A stretch of DNA of 63,510 nt, the filler included, from Reticulomyxa filosa (lineage: Eukaryota; Protista; Foraminifera), in NCBI GenBank assembly GCA_000512085.1. It is 23 parts of 23 records of this genome, joined end to end, with 100 filler letters (N's around TTAATTAATTAA, not from the genome) between each part and the next. Parts side by side here need not be neighbours in the genome. Positions count along the whole stretch, not along the records: positions 37,969 to 43,618 come from ASPP01029150.1; positions 43,719 to 45,022 come from ASPP01024779.1; positions 45,123 to 46,187 come from ASPP01025803.1; positions 46,288 to 50,800 come from ASPP01020917.1; positions 50,901 to 54,084 come from ASPP01028671.1; 18 more parts are not named here. The stretch is one strand, 5' to 3'. The position numbers and the translations under genes were made by a program. Shown here piece by piece: positions 40,438 through 53,298 of the stretch; positions within the stretch are counted from its first letter, which is position 1, and every line of letters starts with the position of its first letter. Below the pieces are notes generated by a model, which searched no databases, was not told the origin of the DNA, and saw only the letters and a program-made list of their open reading frames with translations.

Positions 40438-43400
40438 AGTTGTCCAAAGTCAGATGATCGAAGCTCCAAAAGTTCTTCTTCCCTTTTTTTCCCTTGTTAA
40501 CAATTTTTGATGTTATTGTCAAGCTTGTCTCAGCTCTATACCTTTAACATACGACAAAGGCGTCAAAAAATTTTGACAATTTCTATTGATTTTTTTTACC
40601 AAAATGGTAATACGAAAGAGACTTGACAAAAGCTGCATCATCAACAGAAGATTAGATGAGATAAACCAAGACAATTAGAAACTATTTATAAGCAACACAA
40701 TACAAGAGAGTAAACAACTTTTGTATTAATTTATTATTCTTTTAATTGTTCAAATCTAATGCCATTAAACAAAGACAAATATCAAAATCACGTTTTGATC
40801 AAAATTTTTTTTTTGTTTTTGGCAGGATTTTGAAGTAAATTAAATAATTACACATAAGTAGGCAAAGCAGCATCAAATGATGTAAAGAAATTGGAAATTA
40901 TTGCAAATTTTATTATAATTTTTTCTTTTTCATGAATTACATAATTTTTAATGTTGTAATTTTTTTAAAAAGAGAAAATGAAAATGCGCAAGTGTTTTCT
41001 TTGTTGTAAAGGGATAGTGAATGTCAATAACTTTGAACTTGTGAAGTGGGAATGAAAACATTTAACGTCTTTATTTCTTTGCAATTGCCAAAGTTGAGTA
41101 ATGAAGCACTTTTCTATTTTCAAAACATGCCTGGCTGTGACTTGCCTTTTTTGTTTTGGTTACACACAAGTACACTTTACAAAATAGGTACTAAACATTT
41201 CAGGATTGAAAACGTGAACTTATTGATGCAACATAACAAAAATTTAAATTTGTTTTGAATAATCTGGATTATTTCTGTTTCCACGATGGGGTGTCTTTTT
41301 TTTTGGTAAACGAAATGGCTAGAAAAAAAATCCTATTTTTTTGATATTTTTCCCACAAATAGCAAAAAAATGTTCACCTGACTTAAATGAGAATAGGAAA
41401 GAGATAATAAGTGCTCATGATGATATGGAATCCCTTTGATCTTTGTGTCTGCTGCCTTTTCGTCAGATATTTCTCACTGACAACCTTTTAAAAACATTTC
41501 TTTTTTTTTTATTTGTTATGTCGATAACAAAAAAAAAAAAATAAAGACCATGTAGGCTCTACATTTTGTCTGAGCGTCAATAGAGCCAGAGTAGAAAAAA
41601 TAACAAGAGATAAATAGACTGGAGTAAGATTGGTTATGAACAGCAAAAAGGAAGATGAAAAAAATAGTCGAACAACCAAAGCAAAACAAAATAAAAAGCT
41701 TTTTTATATCCAGTTCATAAAATTTGAAAATTTATTGACAGCTAAAAGTGGTTTTCAGTGTTGTTCGAATAGTTGGTACATTTTGAATAGTTTGAAGAGT
41801 TTGAATAGTTGGAATTGCCAGTCCGGTGTTCACGGACAAAAACTGTCCTTCCTAAAAAAAACAACACAATAAAATATTGAAATAAAAAAAAATATATATA
41901 ATTAACTTGTTAGTGGAACCACTAACCAAAAAATATCGCCGACAATGTTATACAAATAATCGCAGATTTGTTATACTTATCAATATTGAGAGTACACAAT
42001 AACGCAACGATACTTAAAGCTTGAGCTAAGATTATGCCGCCATACGGACAGCAATCTGAATGCTGGCGTCTGGATAGCATTTCCTTTAAATCTTGATTTG
42101 GCACTGGTTAGTCTGCCTGGCTTACTCATTTTTTTTTTGCAATATGAAAGGCAGACTGTATTCCTATCTATTTGCAAATTATTGAAATTTGCCGACATCG
42201 TCAAATTGTTTTTTGATCATTGTTTCATCTATGTTCTCATTTAAAAAATCATAAGAACTAAAATCTTTCTCCTTGTATAGCACACATTACCTTGCCCATT
42301 ATTAAGACAAAAAAAACTGAACCACCCCCTTGTAACACTATAATTTTAATTGATTTCATAAAATATTCAATAACAACAAATTCAACAAATTAATAAATAA
42401 TAATACATTTTTAATTGAAAACACAAAAATAAAATTATGATGAATTGAAGAGTTTCTTAAAAAGGGTCTAGTTCCAGTTTTTTTCTTTTTTTATCTAACA
42501 TCATTGATCTCGTTTCTTCAAAGTAAAGATTAGGAAAAAAAAAAATTTATTTCCGGATTGCCGGCGAAATACTCTGTAGAAAAGTAACTTCAAACCTTCA
42601 AAAGCGCTATCATAACAATTTTTTTTTAAAAAAAGAAATCATTACGAAAATGACTACTTGTCATTAATTTTTTGATCCAAGTCAATAGTTCAATGGACAT
42701 ACGATTGTAATATCATATGATAGATTGTTATTGGAATATGTTGAATAAAACCGGCATATGATGTACTTTACGTATCATAGTGGTTAGTTCAACAAAAAAT
42801 GATCAAGTAACTCAAACCGAAAGCAATTTTATTTCATCTCTAAATCTGTTTAATTGAAGTTTCATGTTGTCGTCGATAACTGATTATCGATCCATATTTT
42901 CTTTTGCATTCTATCTACGGCACTAGTTTTTTTTTGACAATTGCCAATAGAAACAAAAATTAAACAAGACATTTAAGATTGTAACACTTTAAATGCTGTG
43001 TTTTTTGCGATAGAAAAATAAAAAAGTAACGAAAGGCGTTCATAAAAGTTAACACAATAGTATGGAAAAATTTCAAGGTAAGTTGGGTTTTACTTTCCTG
43101 CGCCACGCATAATATAAAATTTAAAAAAGGTCAGCTATATTATTATTTTTAATCAGTTTATCCTATGATTTTTAGCGCATTCTCAATCCAAACTGATCTA
43201 CATGAAAAAATTCCGCATGCATTTGTTGATTAAAAGTACACTATTTCAAAATCCAATGAACTTTGCACACAATCACTAAAAAAAAAATTATAAATTGATA
43301 GATGTGCAAAAAGTGATAGCAGGTGACAAAGCGGACACCAAACAACAGCAAAAAATAAGTGTTGATAGTTATTGGTAAAAAATACGTATACAAAAAGAAA

Positions 43401-43718
43401 AGTATTTTTGTAGTATTTTAAAATTAAACAAATCAACGAGATTCCAAGGAGGATTTCTGAGAAAAACTATGACAGAGATTGTCCAGATTTAAATAGCAAC
43501 CTAATCGATATAAAAGTAAATGAAATGTTTAGTTTCATGAGCGACATAGCTACCAAACTTTTTAAGTTTATTGAAGCAAGTGTCACCTCATATATTTTCT
43601 TTTCAAGACAAAGAAAAGNNNNNNNNNNNNNNNNNNNNNNNNNNNNNNNNNNNNNNNNNNNNTTAATTAATTAANNNNNNNNNNNNNNNNNNNNNNNNNN
43701 NNNNNNNNNNNNNNNNNN

Positions 43719-44320
43719 CTTCAAGAAAAGCTTCAAATTGATTATTACTTGATCACGCCAATAGAGGTAAACATTTGCATTGCTATATTAATGTAAAGAA
43801 AAAGTTCAAATTTACTCACATGACAAACTTGAATTGAATGGATTTCATGGTAATTACCAAAACTATCGTAGTATATTGGCGGTTAAAAAATATTGCAAAA
43901 AGATAAAAAGTTATAACGAATATAGAAAATTTTAAAATAATGGAGCAAGATGTAGAAAATGTATTAAACGGAAATCGTTCAAAATATGTGCTGTAGTTTC
44001 ACGGAAAAACAAAAACATGAAAACCCAATTTGCACTATCACTTTTTAACAAACCTATATTGGTGAGACATATTGATCAATTAAAAAAATTGTATAATCCA
44101 TATGATGGTATTATATTTGATGTATGAACTTTTCAAGTTGGTAGCGACAAGAGCAAATACATATAGTTGATGTAGAAGAAACATGAGCAATCAATGTAAA
44201 ACATTCTTGTGCCGACTAAAAAAAGAATTACCACGAATATTCATTAGCAATGGTGTTATTTTTTCAAAAGACAAATCAATATTAAGAAGAATACGTTATA
44301 TTCCTATAAATGAGATATAA
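43719..44320 (+). mobile_element. rep: Degenerate endogenous CRESS-DNA-virus-like Rep (HUH endonuclease + SF3 helicase)
   Basis: In order across frameshifts and stops: GKHLHCYI (motif II, 43772), FHGNYQ..RS (43843), YCKK (motif III, 43891), HGKTKT*KTQFA (Walker A, about 44000), GIIFD (Walker B, 44107), INVKHS (about 44190), PRIFISN (motif C, 44231) and ILRRI (Arg finger, 44285). Confidence 0.88.
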
Positions 44321-44489
44321 GTGGTATCAGTGGTAACGAATCAAGTGACAACAACAGTTGTGGTACCAGATCCAATTTTTGAGCAAAAAAATTAAAATTT
44401 CTTTTGTTAAGTTAAATATAGCATGTTCTTTTAATTAAAATTTAAACATCTTTTAGTACTTTGAGTAATTCTTAACAATTTAAATTCAC

Positions 44490-45022
44490 TTGCTTTTATG
44501 AATTATTTACAATGTTACTATCTTACTACTACTAAATACACCACTAAGTATTTCACACTAGTCAATAGATACTGATTTGATCTTGCAAGTGATAATAAAA
44601 GTGGTATCATCACACAAATTAATATATATATATACATTGGATTTTACATCAGCTTTATCAAACACATGTTCTCCATATTGTAGTTTTCTCCGATCAATCT
44701 TCCTCCAACAAACTTTATTCCAGCATGGCCTTTCTCACTCTCTGGTACACTTTTTTTCGCTGTCTCTTTTACTTTTCCTGTTCTATTTCATTTTTTCAAA
44801 TAAACTTTTTTTTAAAAAAAGATTAAATTAAAAAAAAGATGAACCTTAAGTTTGGTTCATTGTTTTCATATCCGCAGTTATTTTTTTTAATCATTTGGTG
44901 ACATTCAATCCTTGACTCAGTTCAATAAATAAATCATCATGTTTCCGTCTTTTGATGCACCTTTTGGTTCTCTTTTTGTTCTTATGCAACTTTTGTTGCT
45001 GGTGCTGATTCATTAGTCTTTG
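44490..45022 (-). pseudogene. CAP: Adenylyl cyclase-associated protein (CAP/Srv2) pseudogene fragment
   Basis: LFIELSQGLNVTK*LKKITADMKT (WH2 region), an intron, then IKFVGGRLIGENY...DKADVKSNVYI...LCDDTTFIITCKIKSVSID*C (CARP beta-helix), with stops and frameshifts. Confidence 0.75.
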
Positions 45023-45278
45023 NNNNNNNNNNNNNNNNNNNNNNNNNNNNNNNNNNNNNNNNNNNNTTAATTAATTAANNNNNNNNNNNNNNNNNNNNNN
45101 NNNNNNNNNNNNNNNNNNNNNNAATCATCACATATGGAATTATCAATTTCAATATCTATTGCAAATCCCTTTGAGAATTATTATCAATTATTTTTTAATA
45201 ACATAACACATAATAATAACAATAATAATGATAATATTAAAAAAAAGATAAATTTTTTTTTGGTGATCTTAAAACTTG

Positions 45279-46100
45279 AACACTTTCAATGAATTGCAAG
45301 TCCGATGAAAATTGCACTTTGGCGATAACTTGATACAATTTTTTCAAGTGAGATTGCACGACGTTTGGGTTTGTGGACTGACTGAAGATTTCCAACAAGC
45401 AGTCGTCTCCAAGGGAGTAGAAGCGAGTGAACTTTTTGCGCTTTTCCACAAATTGACCTCTGATTCTAATTCCTTCGCGCTCATGCCATTTGTTCCACTC
45501 TTGTCTCCATTATTCAATTTGAACGTTCAGTTCGACCGTCATATTCGACGTTGGCTTATGTACGTATACGTATGTGTATACATATTACAAAAAAAAAAGT
45601 GTATACGTATATATATATCATTGAAACACAATTGATGAGATAAAGAGAGTAAAAGGGTGGAAAGGAGAGAAACAAAAAACAATTACTTCAGTGATGGACT
45701 TTGATTTGAATATAGTTCAACTCGAATGGAATGCTGAATGCTGGCCTTGAACTTGTCGATTTTTTTTATCATCAGGGATTTGATCTCTTGCGTTTTGTGA
45801 TAATGACATGCTGGTAATGCTCCCATCTTTGCTCGATCTCATCAAGCATGGACGTGCTACCACTATCACTACTTTCACCTTGCAATAACAATGCATCCCA
45901 CTGCTTCGTAGATCGTATCATCTCCTCGTATTTGGGCTTGTTGTGCATCAAGACTTCGATTTGCGCTTTGCACTCGGACAGATCTTTAATGGATTGTGGC
46001 TGTCGGCTCAATACAATCAACACTGATTCCATATATTCTACAATTACTTTCATTTCTTCTTTTATCTTCTCTTTTATGCCCTTCATTATCCCACTTACGG
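45279..46100 (-). pseudogene. DYNC2H1: Cytoplasmic dynein-2 (IFT dynein) heavy chain, internally deleted fragment
   Basis: EKRKKFTRFYSLGDDCLLEIFSQSTNPNVVQSHLKKLY resembles the dynein-2 linker motif PRFYFIGDDDLLEILGQSTNP.VIQSHLKKLF. The upstream VLSRQPQSIKDL...KPKYEE...IDKFKA resembles the tail. Stops are present and intervening sequence is missing. Confidence 0.72.
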
Positions 46101-46287
46101 CTGTGTGTATACGTATGTACCATTTTTGAATTTGTTTTTAAAAAAGTTCAGAATGAACTGTAAAATTAAAAATGAAAAAAAAAAAAANNNNNNNNNNNNN
46201 NNNNNNNNNNNNNNNNNNNNNNNNNNNNNNNTTAATTAATTAANNNNNNNNNNNNNNNNNNNNNNNNNNNNNNNNNNNNNNNNNNNN

Positions 46288-46320
<33 letters not shown>

Positions 46321-46489
46321 AAATACACAAAACAAAAACAACCAACTTTTTCGTCTTTTTTTTTTGCCATTTTTATCTCCGTTCTTGTTGCCATTTAATT
46401 TGGCTTGCTCAGCATTCTGTTTGTATACAAGCCATTTACAAAAACTTTTGAACAAGTTTTTTTGTAAGATAAATAAAACAAAACAGTTG

Positions 46490-46978
46490 AATTGGCTGAC
46501 GTCGACGACGACGAGGACGACTGGAGAAGTGCGGCTTTTAAAAAAGGGGAAGCCATGATTTCGTAATAGTTTTTGACTTCATTAAACTGCGCAAAGCGTT
46601 TGAGCAGTTCTTGTCTTTTTTCTTTTGAAATGGACGCTTGGTTTTTCAACGTATTGTATATCTTGTCTTCTTGATACCACAAGCGATTAAAGGCGCTGTT
46701 TATTGCGCCAAAGTTTTTGTAGTCGCCTCTTTCCAATCGCTTCGCTATCTCCTCTGTTTATTTGTTCATTGCACATAAGTCAGAAAACACACGCAACTTC
46801 GTTTACGGTAGCAAAGGCAAGTGTCTGTTGTATTGCAAATACCAAGGAAGATCGGTCTTGGATTGCAACGCAGGTAGTCTTTGTGCAATAGCGTTGATAT
46901 TTCCATCTTTTTAAAAGGGCCTGCTTGTTGAAACTCCAGCACACTCCGAACTATTCTCTCTGACTCTTTGTAGAACTC
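46490..46978 (-). CDS. Hypothetical protein fragment, possibly a divergent bromodomain
   Basis: EIAKRLERGDYKNFGAINSAFNRLW resembles bromodomain helices A-B. The upstream frames do not join cleanly. Confidence 0.3.
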
Positions 46979-47512
46979 TGTCTGTTTTTATTCGTTTTTT
47001 TTGACACAAAACAAATTTTTCCTTTTTCCTGTAATGGACACATACACATATATATATAGCGCTGGGAAAATACAAAATTGTTACATTTTTCAGATTCTTT
47101 TTTGGCTTTGATTTTTTGGATAACATGTTTCAGATGACACAGACTTTTTTTGTTTCTTTTTGTGCGGGGAAAAAGTTGGAACTTCGCCGTTCGTCGCCAC
47201 AACAACAAAAATTTAAGTTACAACAAAAAAAAAAATCAGAAAACTATTGCAAAGATCAAATATGACCATGCATCGGGGAAACAGACAAGCTGTAACATTT
47301 TGTTGTTTCCATATTTTCGACGATGATTTGTTTTTGCTTTTCATACATTCTCGAAAAAAAAATGCAAACGTCATCAGTCCTTCAAGAAAAAAAGTCCTTC
47401 GTTTCCTTGACTGTTTTTACTTTTAAAAATAATTTTCCCCTTTTTACTTTGGCCCAAATCTTATCAATTTTATTTTTTAGGAAAAGTAAGAATCAATTCA
47501 AGAAATTGATCA

Positions 47513-49154
47513 ATGGCAGAAGAAAACCCAGAACGCGAGCAAGGAAACCCAGAAGAGCAACCCCAAACTTCACCTCGTTCAGACGAAGAGTTTGGCGTAA
47601 TGCGTTGAGTCATTAGTTTTCAAAGCTTTTTTTCAATCAAAAAAAAAAATATACACATGAAACAATCCCACACACAGCGGCCTCAGTCGGACAAGATGAA
47701 ACAGGCCAAAACCAGCAAAACTTGCAATCTGTGGCCGTCGAACCACCCAAAAATGAACAAGATGGGGATGGTAAGAAGGAATTTTTGTTTCAGCCAATTT
47801 AAAAAAATACTGTGCGATTATCCGTTGTTGCTTATTTTTATTGTTTCAAGCCTTGTTTTTTTGGTTTATTTTATGCACGGAAATTGACCAACTTTTTTTG
47901 CTTCCAAAAAAAAAAAATGGTGTTTTTGCGCAGGCTACCTTGGTCCACGAATAAAACGTATAACTTGGCTTTGCTTGATATTATCGTGGCTGTGTGTGCT
48001 TGTATTCCCACGTTGGTTCGATTACAACAAGATGGAGTCAAGCGGTCAAAAATGGGTTTCCGCTTACAAATTACATGCAGCCGGGGCTGTCATCACCTTC
48101 GTGGGAGTAATCTTCGTACAATGTTACGATAATGTGATCTTTTTTTTTTTCTTTCCCTGCTCACACCCCCCCCCCACCAACCCCCTTTTTTTATTTAAAT
48201 AAAAATTTTTTTTTTGATAATAATAAAATAATATTTAGTCGCAGCATTGCTGGAAAATCGAGTGAATTGCTGTCAAAGTCGTGTGCTGAAATTCATTTTG
48301 ACTGCAATAGTCTTGTTAGGAGGATTTTTATATTGGGTTGGTGGTATTCAATTGGCCAAGAGTATCAACGACGTTGGATCCAACTTTGATAAGAGTCACA
48401 AATATCATTATTCTGGCTGGGCTGGCGCTGTATTTATCGGTTATGTTTTTTTTTCATGTTTTATTGTTATTATTTGTATATTACATTTTTATGTGGATGT
48501 GTATACGACACAAATGAGTATTGAAGGACAACACGACCAAACAATTTTTTTGTTGTGATGGTTTGATAACATCTTGTATATGTACGTACACATGTACAAC
48601 ACTTATCATATACATTGGCCGTATCGCTGGATGTCACAGAAGCGACATTTGTTGCGTTGACAGCAATAGTATTGGGTATTGATTATCTTTCGAACTTTTT
48701 GAAAAATGATAGAATACGAACTTATTTAGTATTAAACACAGTGTTAGGATTCACTGCTTTGGTTGCCTTCTTTAGTTATGCAGCATGGCGTGCGTATGGT
48801 GTATCTGGCTTGAGTATGTCCAGAACAGCATGTGTTTCTGCAGGATGGTTCTTTGTCCTTGTTGCGTGTATTTACTTGTATGTGATCGGATTTGCCGAAA
48901 TTTGCTGCAAGGTTTCTGCGACAGCACAAAGAGAAATCAGGGAAAAGCCTGGAAAAATAAAGACAGGAGCTATTGTTGTCCTTTTGTTTGGAGGATTCAT
49001 TGTCATGGTTGGAATGTGGTCCATCGCTACACTTTCTGATAAGTATTGGAATTGCTACTACGCTGGTTACGGGTTCTTTGTTTTCTTTTTCTGCCTTCTT
49101 TTGGCATTAGATGTCCACTTGGGCGAAGTCATCCAGAGAAGATTTCAAAGATAA
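47513..49154 (+). CDS. Hypothetical multi-pass membrane protein, about 5 exons
   Basis: An acidic N-terminus MAEENPEREQG, then about 8 hydrophobic helices in ORFs 47975, 48247 and 48615, separated by GT-AG introns. Ends IQRRFQR*. Confidence 0.65.
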
Positions 49155-50988
49155 GAGTTAGAGTCAGACTTAATTTGTTTGTGCCTTTTTGTTTTCATCT
49201 GGCTCTCCTCTCACCACAATGTTTCTTAGGAGTGTTGTCGGAGTGCATTTTGTTTTGGACATGGCTTGCTTTAGGAACAAAAGTTCCAACGTTTGAGGTT
49301 TTATTTATTGATTTTTGAACGTGGTACTGGACTGTGTTGTGTCCGTTTGTGAATTACAATTTTCAAGCAATGTACTCTACAAATCTTCGTTTTGAATTTT
49401 TTTAATGCTGAAATTTTTGTTTTGATCATTGGTGGAAAATGAAAACATTTCCATATGTGGTCGAAAATGGGAATTTTCTAGATGTTTATTTGCTTAGGAC
49501 TAAGGTGGTACCTTATCATTCGCACTAATAGACTACTTGTGATTGAATGTGCAAACAACGTTATTTGGGAATAAATGAAAGGCTTGCATTTACCTCAATA
49601 ACCATAGTTCGTCAAGTTTCATTTGATTTGGGATTTTTCAATGCTACCAAATATCATTTTGGTTATACATTCTGTAGTTGGTATTTACTGCCTTTTTTTT
49701 TTATGTACCTTTCCTTTGCTTCTTTGGTAGGGGTTTACGAGTACTTCGAATTATTGTTTGACTTTCTTCATCTTCTTTTGCAGTATTAGATCTCATACGA
49801 GCCGTTTTATGCTACATCTAAAAAAATTGACAAAATTCTTTGTACTTATACTTTTATTATATACGTAACCAAAGTTGAAAATTTCGGTATAAAACATTTG
49901 GTTAATGAAAAACCAAAAAAGCAAGGTGATATATCGTTTGAAATTGAAATATGATCACATGTGCGAAAGATAATACTTAAATATTTAGTATGCTACGTAA
50001 AAAAAAAATTCTTTAGTGAACAACACAAACTCATTCTGACACACGAAGAGTGGCAAGTATGATTGTATTATCTAATGTAAGTGGCATGCTTTGTCAAACA
50101 CAGCGGAACAACACTAAATTATTTGAACTTGAATGTCAAATAACGTGTCTCAAAAAACATATGGACAAATACTATGTCAGCAGAACTTACAGTATCTAAG
50201 CGATTGTGACCATATCTTGCGACAAATACAGTACGAAATTGATTGATAAGTACATAACTTAACATTGCACTATAAATGAAGATATTAACAACTACGACAA
50301 GTACTAACACTTATTCGAACGATTTGCAGAAAGAACAATAAACTAATAGCTCAAGTGAACGTGGCACTTGCACAAGTCCAAAGACAGTAACAAGTTTCCA
50401 ACAACAGTAGCGTATGCAAAATTAACAAGCAATAAGTATAAATTACTAAAACACAAATTTTTGCATCAAACAAGTATTGAATGTATTTTATGACATACTA
50501 GTTAGTGCCAAAGCTACATCTGAACGAACTAGTGGAAAGAGGAAATTGATTTATTTGGAAAATACATACATAATATCAAAGATAGACCAATGTAATATGA
50601 TAAACATTTCATAAGTAAGTAGTTAATCAACTGCAAAATATATTTCATGAATTGTAAAAAAATTATTATATTGCAGTTAATATAATAATACTGCAACATC
50701 GACAAAAAAAAAGACATCAACTACAGTAGCGAATGTATTGATGATACAATAATATCACATCATATAGTTGATATTGAATTGTATTCATCGTAGAAGAATT
50801 NNNNNNNNNNNNNNNNNNNNNNNNNNNNNNNNNNNNNNNNNNNNTTAATTAATTAANNNNNNNNNNNNNNNNNNNNNNNNNNNNNNNNNNNNNNNNNNNN
50901 AAAAAAAAAAAAAAAGGGAGAGGAAAAAACAGATTGATTGAATAAGCCACTCAAAACAAACAAACAAACAAACAAATAAACAAATGTA

Positions 50989-53298
50989 GAATAGAAAGAC
51001 AAAAATTACCGATTCGATTTCATCCGAAACGCGGTGCATTTGTGGAGGGACTGACAATGCACACGGTGGGTAACTACGAAGATGTTCGCAAGCTGATGAA
51101 CTTGGGTGTAGCGAATCGAACGGTGGCAGAAACGCAAATGAACAAGATTAGCTCCAGATCGCATTGCATCTTTACATTGCATATTCAAACCCTTCAAGTA
51201 TGCGTGTATTGATATTGTGATATATATGTATATATATATGTATATATGTATACATATATACACCCAAAAGCAATCGACAGGGGAATTGAGACGATGCAAA
51301 GTGAATCTAATCGACTTGGCGGGCTCGGAGAGAGTAAACAAAACAGGTGTGGCAGCCGGCGGTGAGAGAATGGAGGAATTGAAAAAGATCAACTTGTCAT
51401 TGAACGCATTGGGCGACGTGATATCGGCGTTGGCGAGTCGAGCCAAGTTTATTCCCTTCAACAACTCGACTTTGACGACACTGTTGCGCGAGTCGTTGTC
51501 GGGCAACTCCAAGACGATCATGATGGCGGCTATATCGCCAGCAGAAGACAACTTTGAAGAATCGATGTCGACACTGCGCTACGCATCTCGTGTGAAGAAG
51601 ATCAAAACGCATGCGCGAAGAAATGCCACGGAAAGCAAGCAATCCATCGAGCGTGATTTGCGAGCAGAGATTGACCGTTTGAAAAAAAAGTTGGAACTGC
51701 AGAAAGGAAATCAAGGCCAAGTGGATCAAATCACGTCGCAAGTGGAAGCGACTAGTGAGTCATTGCGTCGCATTCAAATGGAACACACACAGAAAATTGA
51801 AGAAATGAACAAAGCGTATGCGAGCATTAGTAAGACCCTTTTGAAAATGGGTATCACTGTCGGCGAATCGGAAGAAAAGCAAAGACGAGCACCCAAGCTT
51901 ATCAATATCAGTAGCGATCCTTCTTTGAGTGGATCGATGGTCTTCTTCCTTGTCAAGTCTATTGTCTCCGTCGGATGTGCGCCTCAAGGTGCCAATGCCG
52001 AACATGAAAGACAGCTCGAAGTGCGTGCACAGAAGGAGTTGGAGAGACAGATTGCTTTGAACAAGGGTCAGTCGAATCTTGGAGGGGATGATTATAAACG
52101 ACAACAAGACAACTCCTCCTCTTCTTCTTCTTCTTCTTCTTCTGATAGTAAGAAGAAAAAAAAAGATACCTTTACAGATGGAATGCCTGATATCTTGCTG
52201 TCCAGTAATGACCCAGGCGTGTTTCCCAAACATGCCATTTTCACCGTGCGAAGAAGCATTGTCGATATTCGACAGGTGGCCTTGGACGAACGTGCAAAGG
52301 TGTGGAAGATGCTGTTTGATGACTGCGACAAGAACGGAGATGAGTGTCTAAATCGAGACGAGTTGAACCAATGGATGGAACACATTGTGGCTACGGACAA
52401 AGGTTTTGTAGGTATCAGCGAGTCTGACTACGTAGGGGTTTTGCAAAAAAAACTCAATTGCGATTCCAAACAAGGCATCGACTTCAACAAGCTGAAGCAA
52501 TATTATATCCCCGATATCGAGTATGACGGCATTGTTGTGAGAGGCATTTGCAAAGAGTCTTTTGACGAAAAAGCTCACTGCCGATGTGCAAGAGTTCTTA
52601 GGAGATGACATCCCCATTAAAAATGTGGTCTTCGACAAGAATGGCATTCGCATCAATGCGTCAAGAAAGATCACAATGAAGGAGATCAACACATTCGAAA
52701 AGTTCATTTTGGACATGTTTGAGGATTCATTGACTGGAGAGTCGACGGAGCTCACCTCTCCTGTGGCATCAAACAAAGGAGGGGCAGGAGCAATGGAGGC
52801 ATTGTTGGATAGGTCCTCCCGACGATGATTCCGATAACTTTATCGAAGAGACCAGAATCACCATCGAAAGTGTAGATTCGAAGAACGAACGTATAATGAT
52901 CTTTGTGAATGGCGATCGCGTGCGATTTGAGCCCACCACGATAAGCAATGGCGACAACGTGCTGTTCGGAAGTCGTCAGTTGTTCCAATTGATCGTGCCA
53001 CTGCAAGCCAATGACGAAATTGAAAAAAAAAAAAAAGAAACGTCGCAAAAAAGCGGAGACAGATATGAAGGACATGATCGAAAAAGAGCAAATGTTTTTA
53101 TTCAAAAAGCCGGTGGACAGTTTGGTGGTGTTTGACAAACTATTGGAAATTCGATTCAAACAAAAGTGCTATCGCGTGGAGAACTTGGACGTGGAGAAGT
53201 TGGAAGTGCAAGTGGCATTCAAGAGACAGCAGCAAAGTGGCAGCGAAGACGAATGGGGAATAATGAAGATCCACGATCAATTCATGCAGGGGCAATAG
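50989..53298 (+). CDS. Kinesin-3 family motor, 5' partial, with an FHA domain, an EF-hand insert and three apparent frameshifts
   Basis: Motor: NRTVAETQMNKISSRSHCIF, VNLIDLAGSER, INLSLNALGDVI, LLRESLSGNSKTIMMAAISP, STLRYA. Kinesin-3 stalk/FHA: PKLINISSDPSLSGSMVFFL...VG, DILL...HAIF, IFVNG...NGDNVLFG...F. Confidence 0.9.

Noticed and set aside
44320-44560. CRESS origin stem-loop or capsid gene next to Rep
   Set aside because: No TAGTATTAC/TAATATTAC nonanucleotide in a hairpin was seen, and the convergent sequence is host CAP-like.
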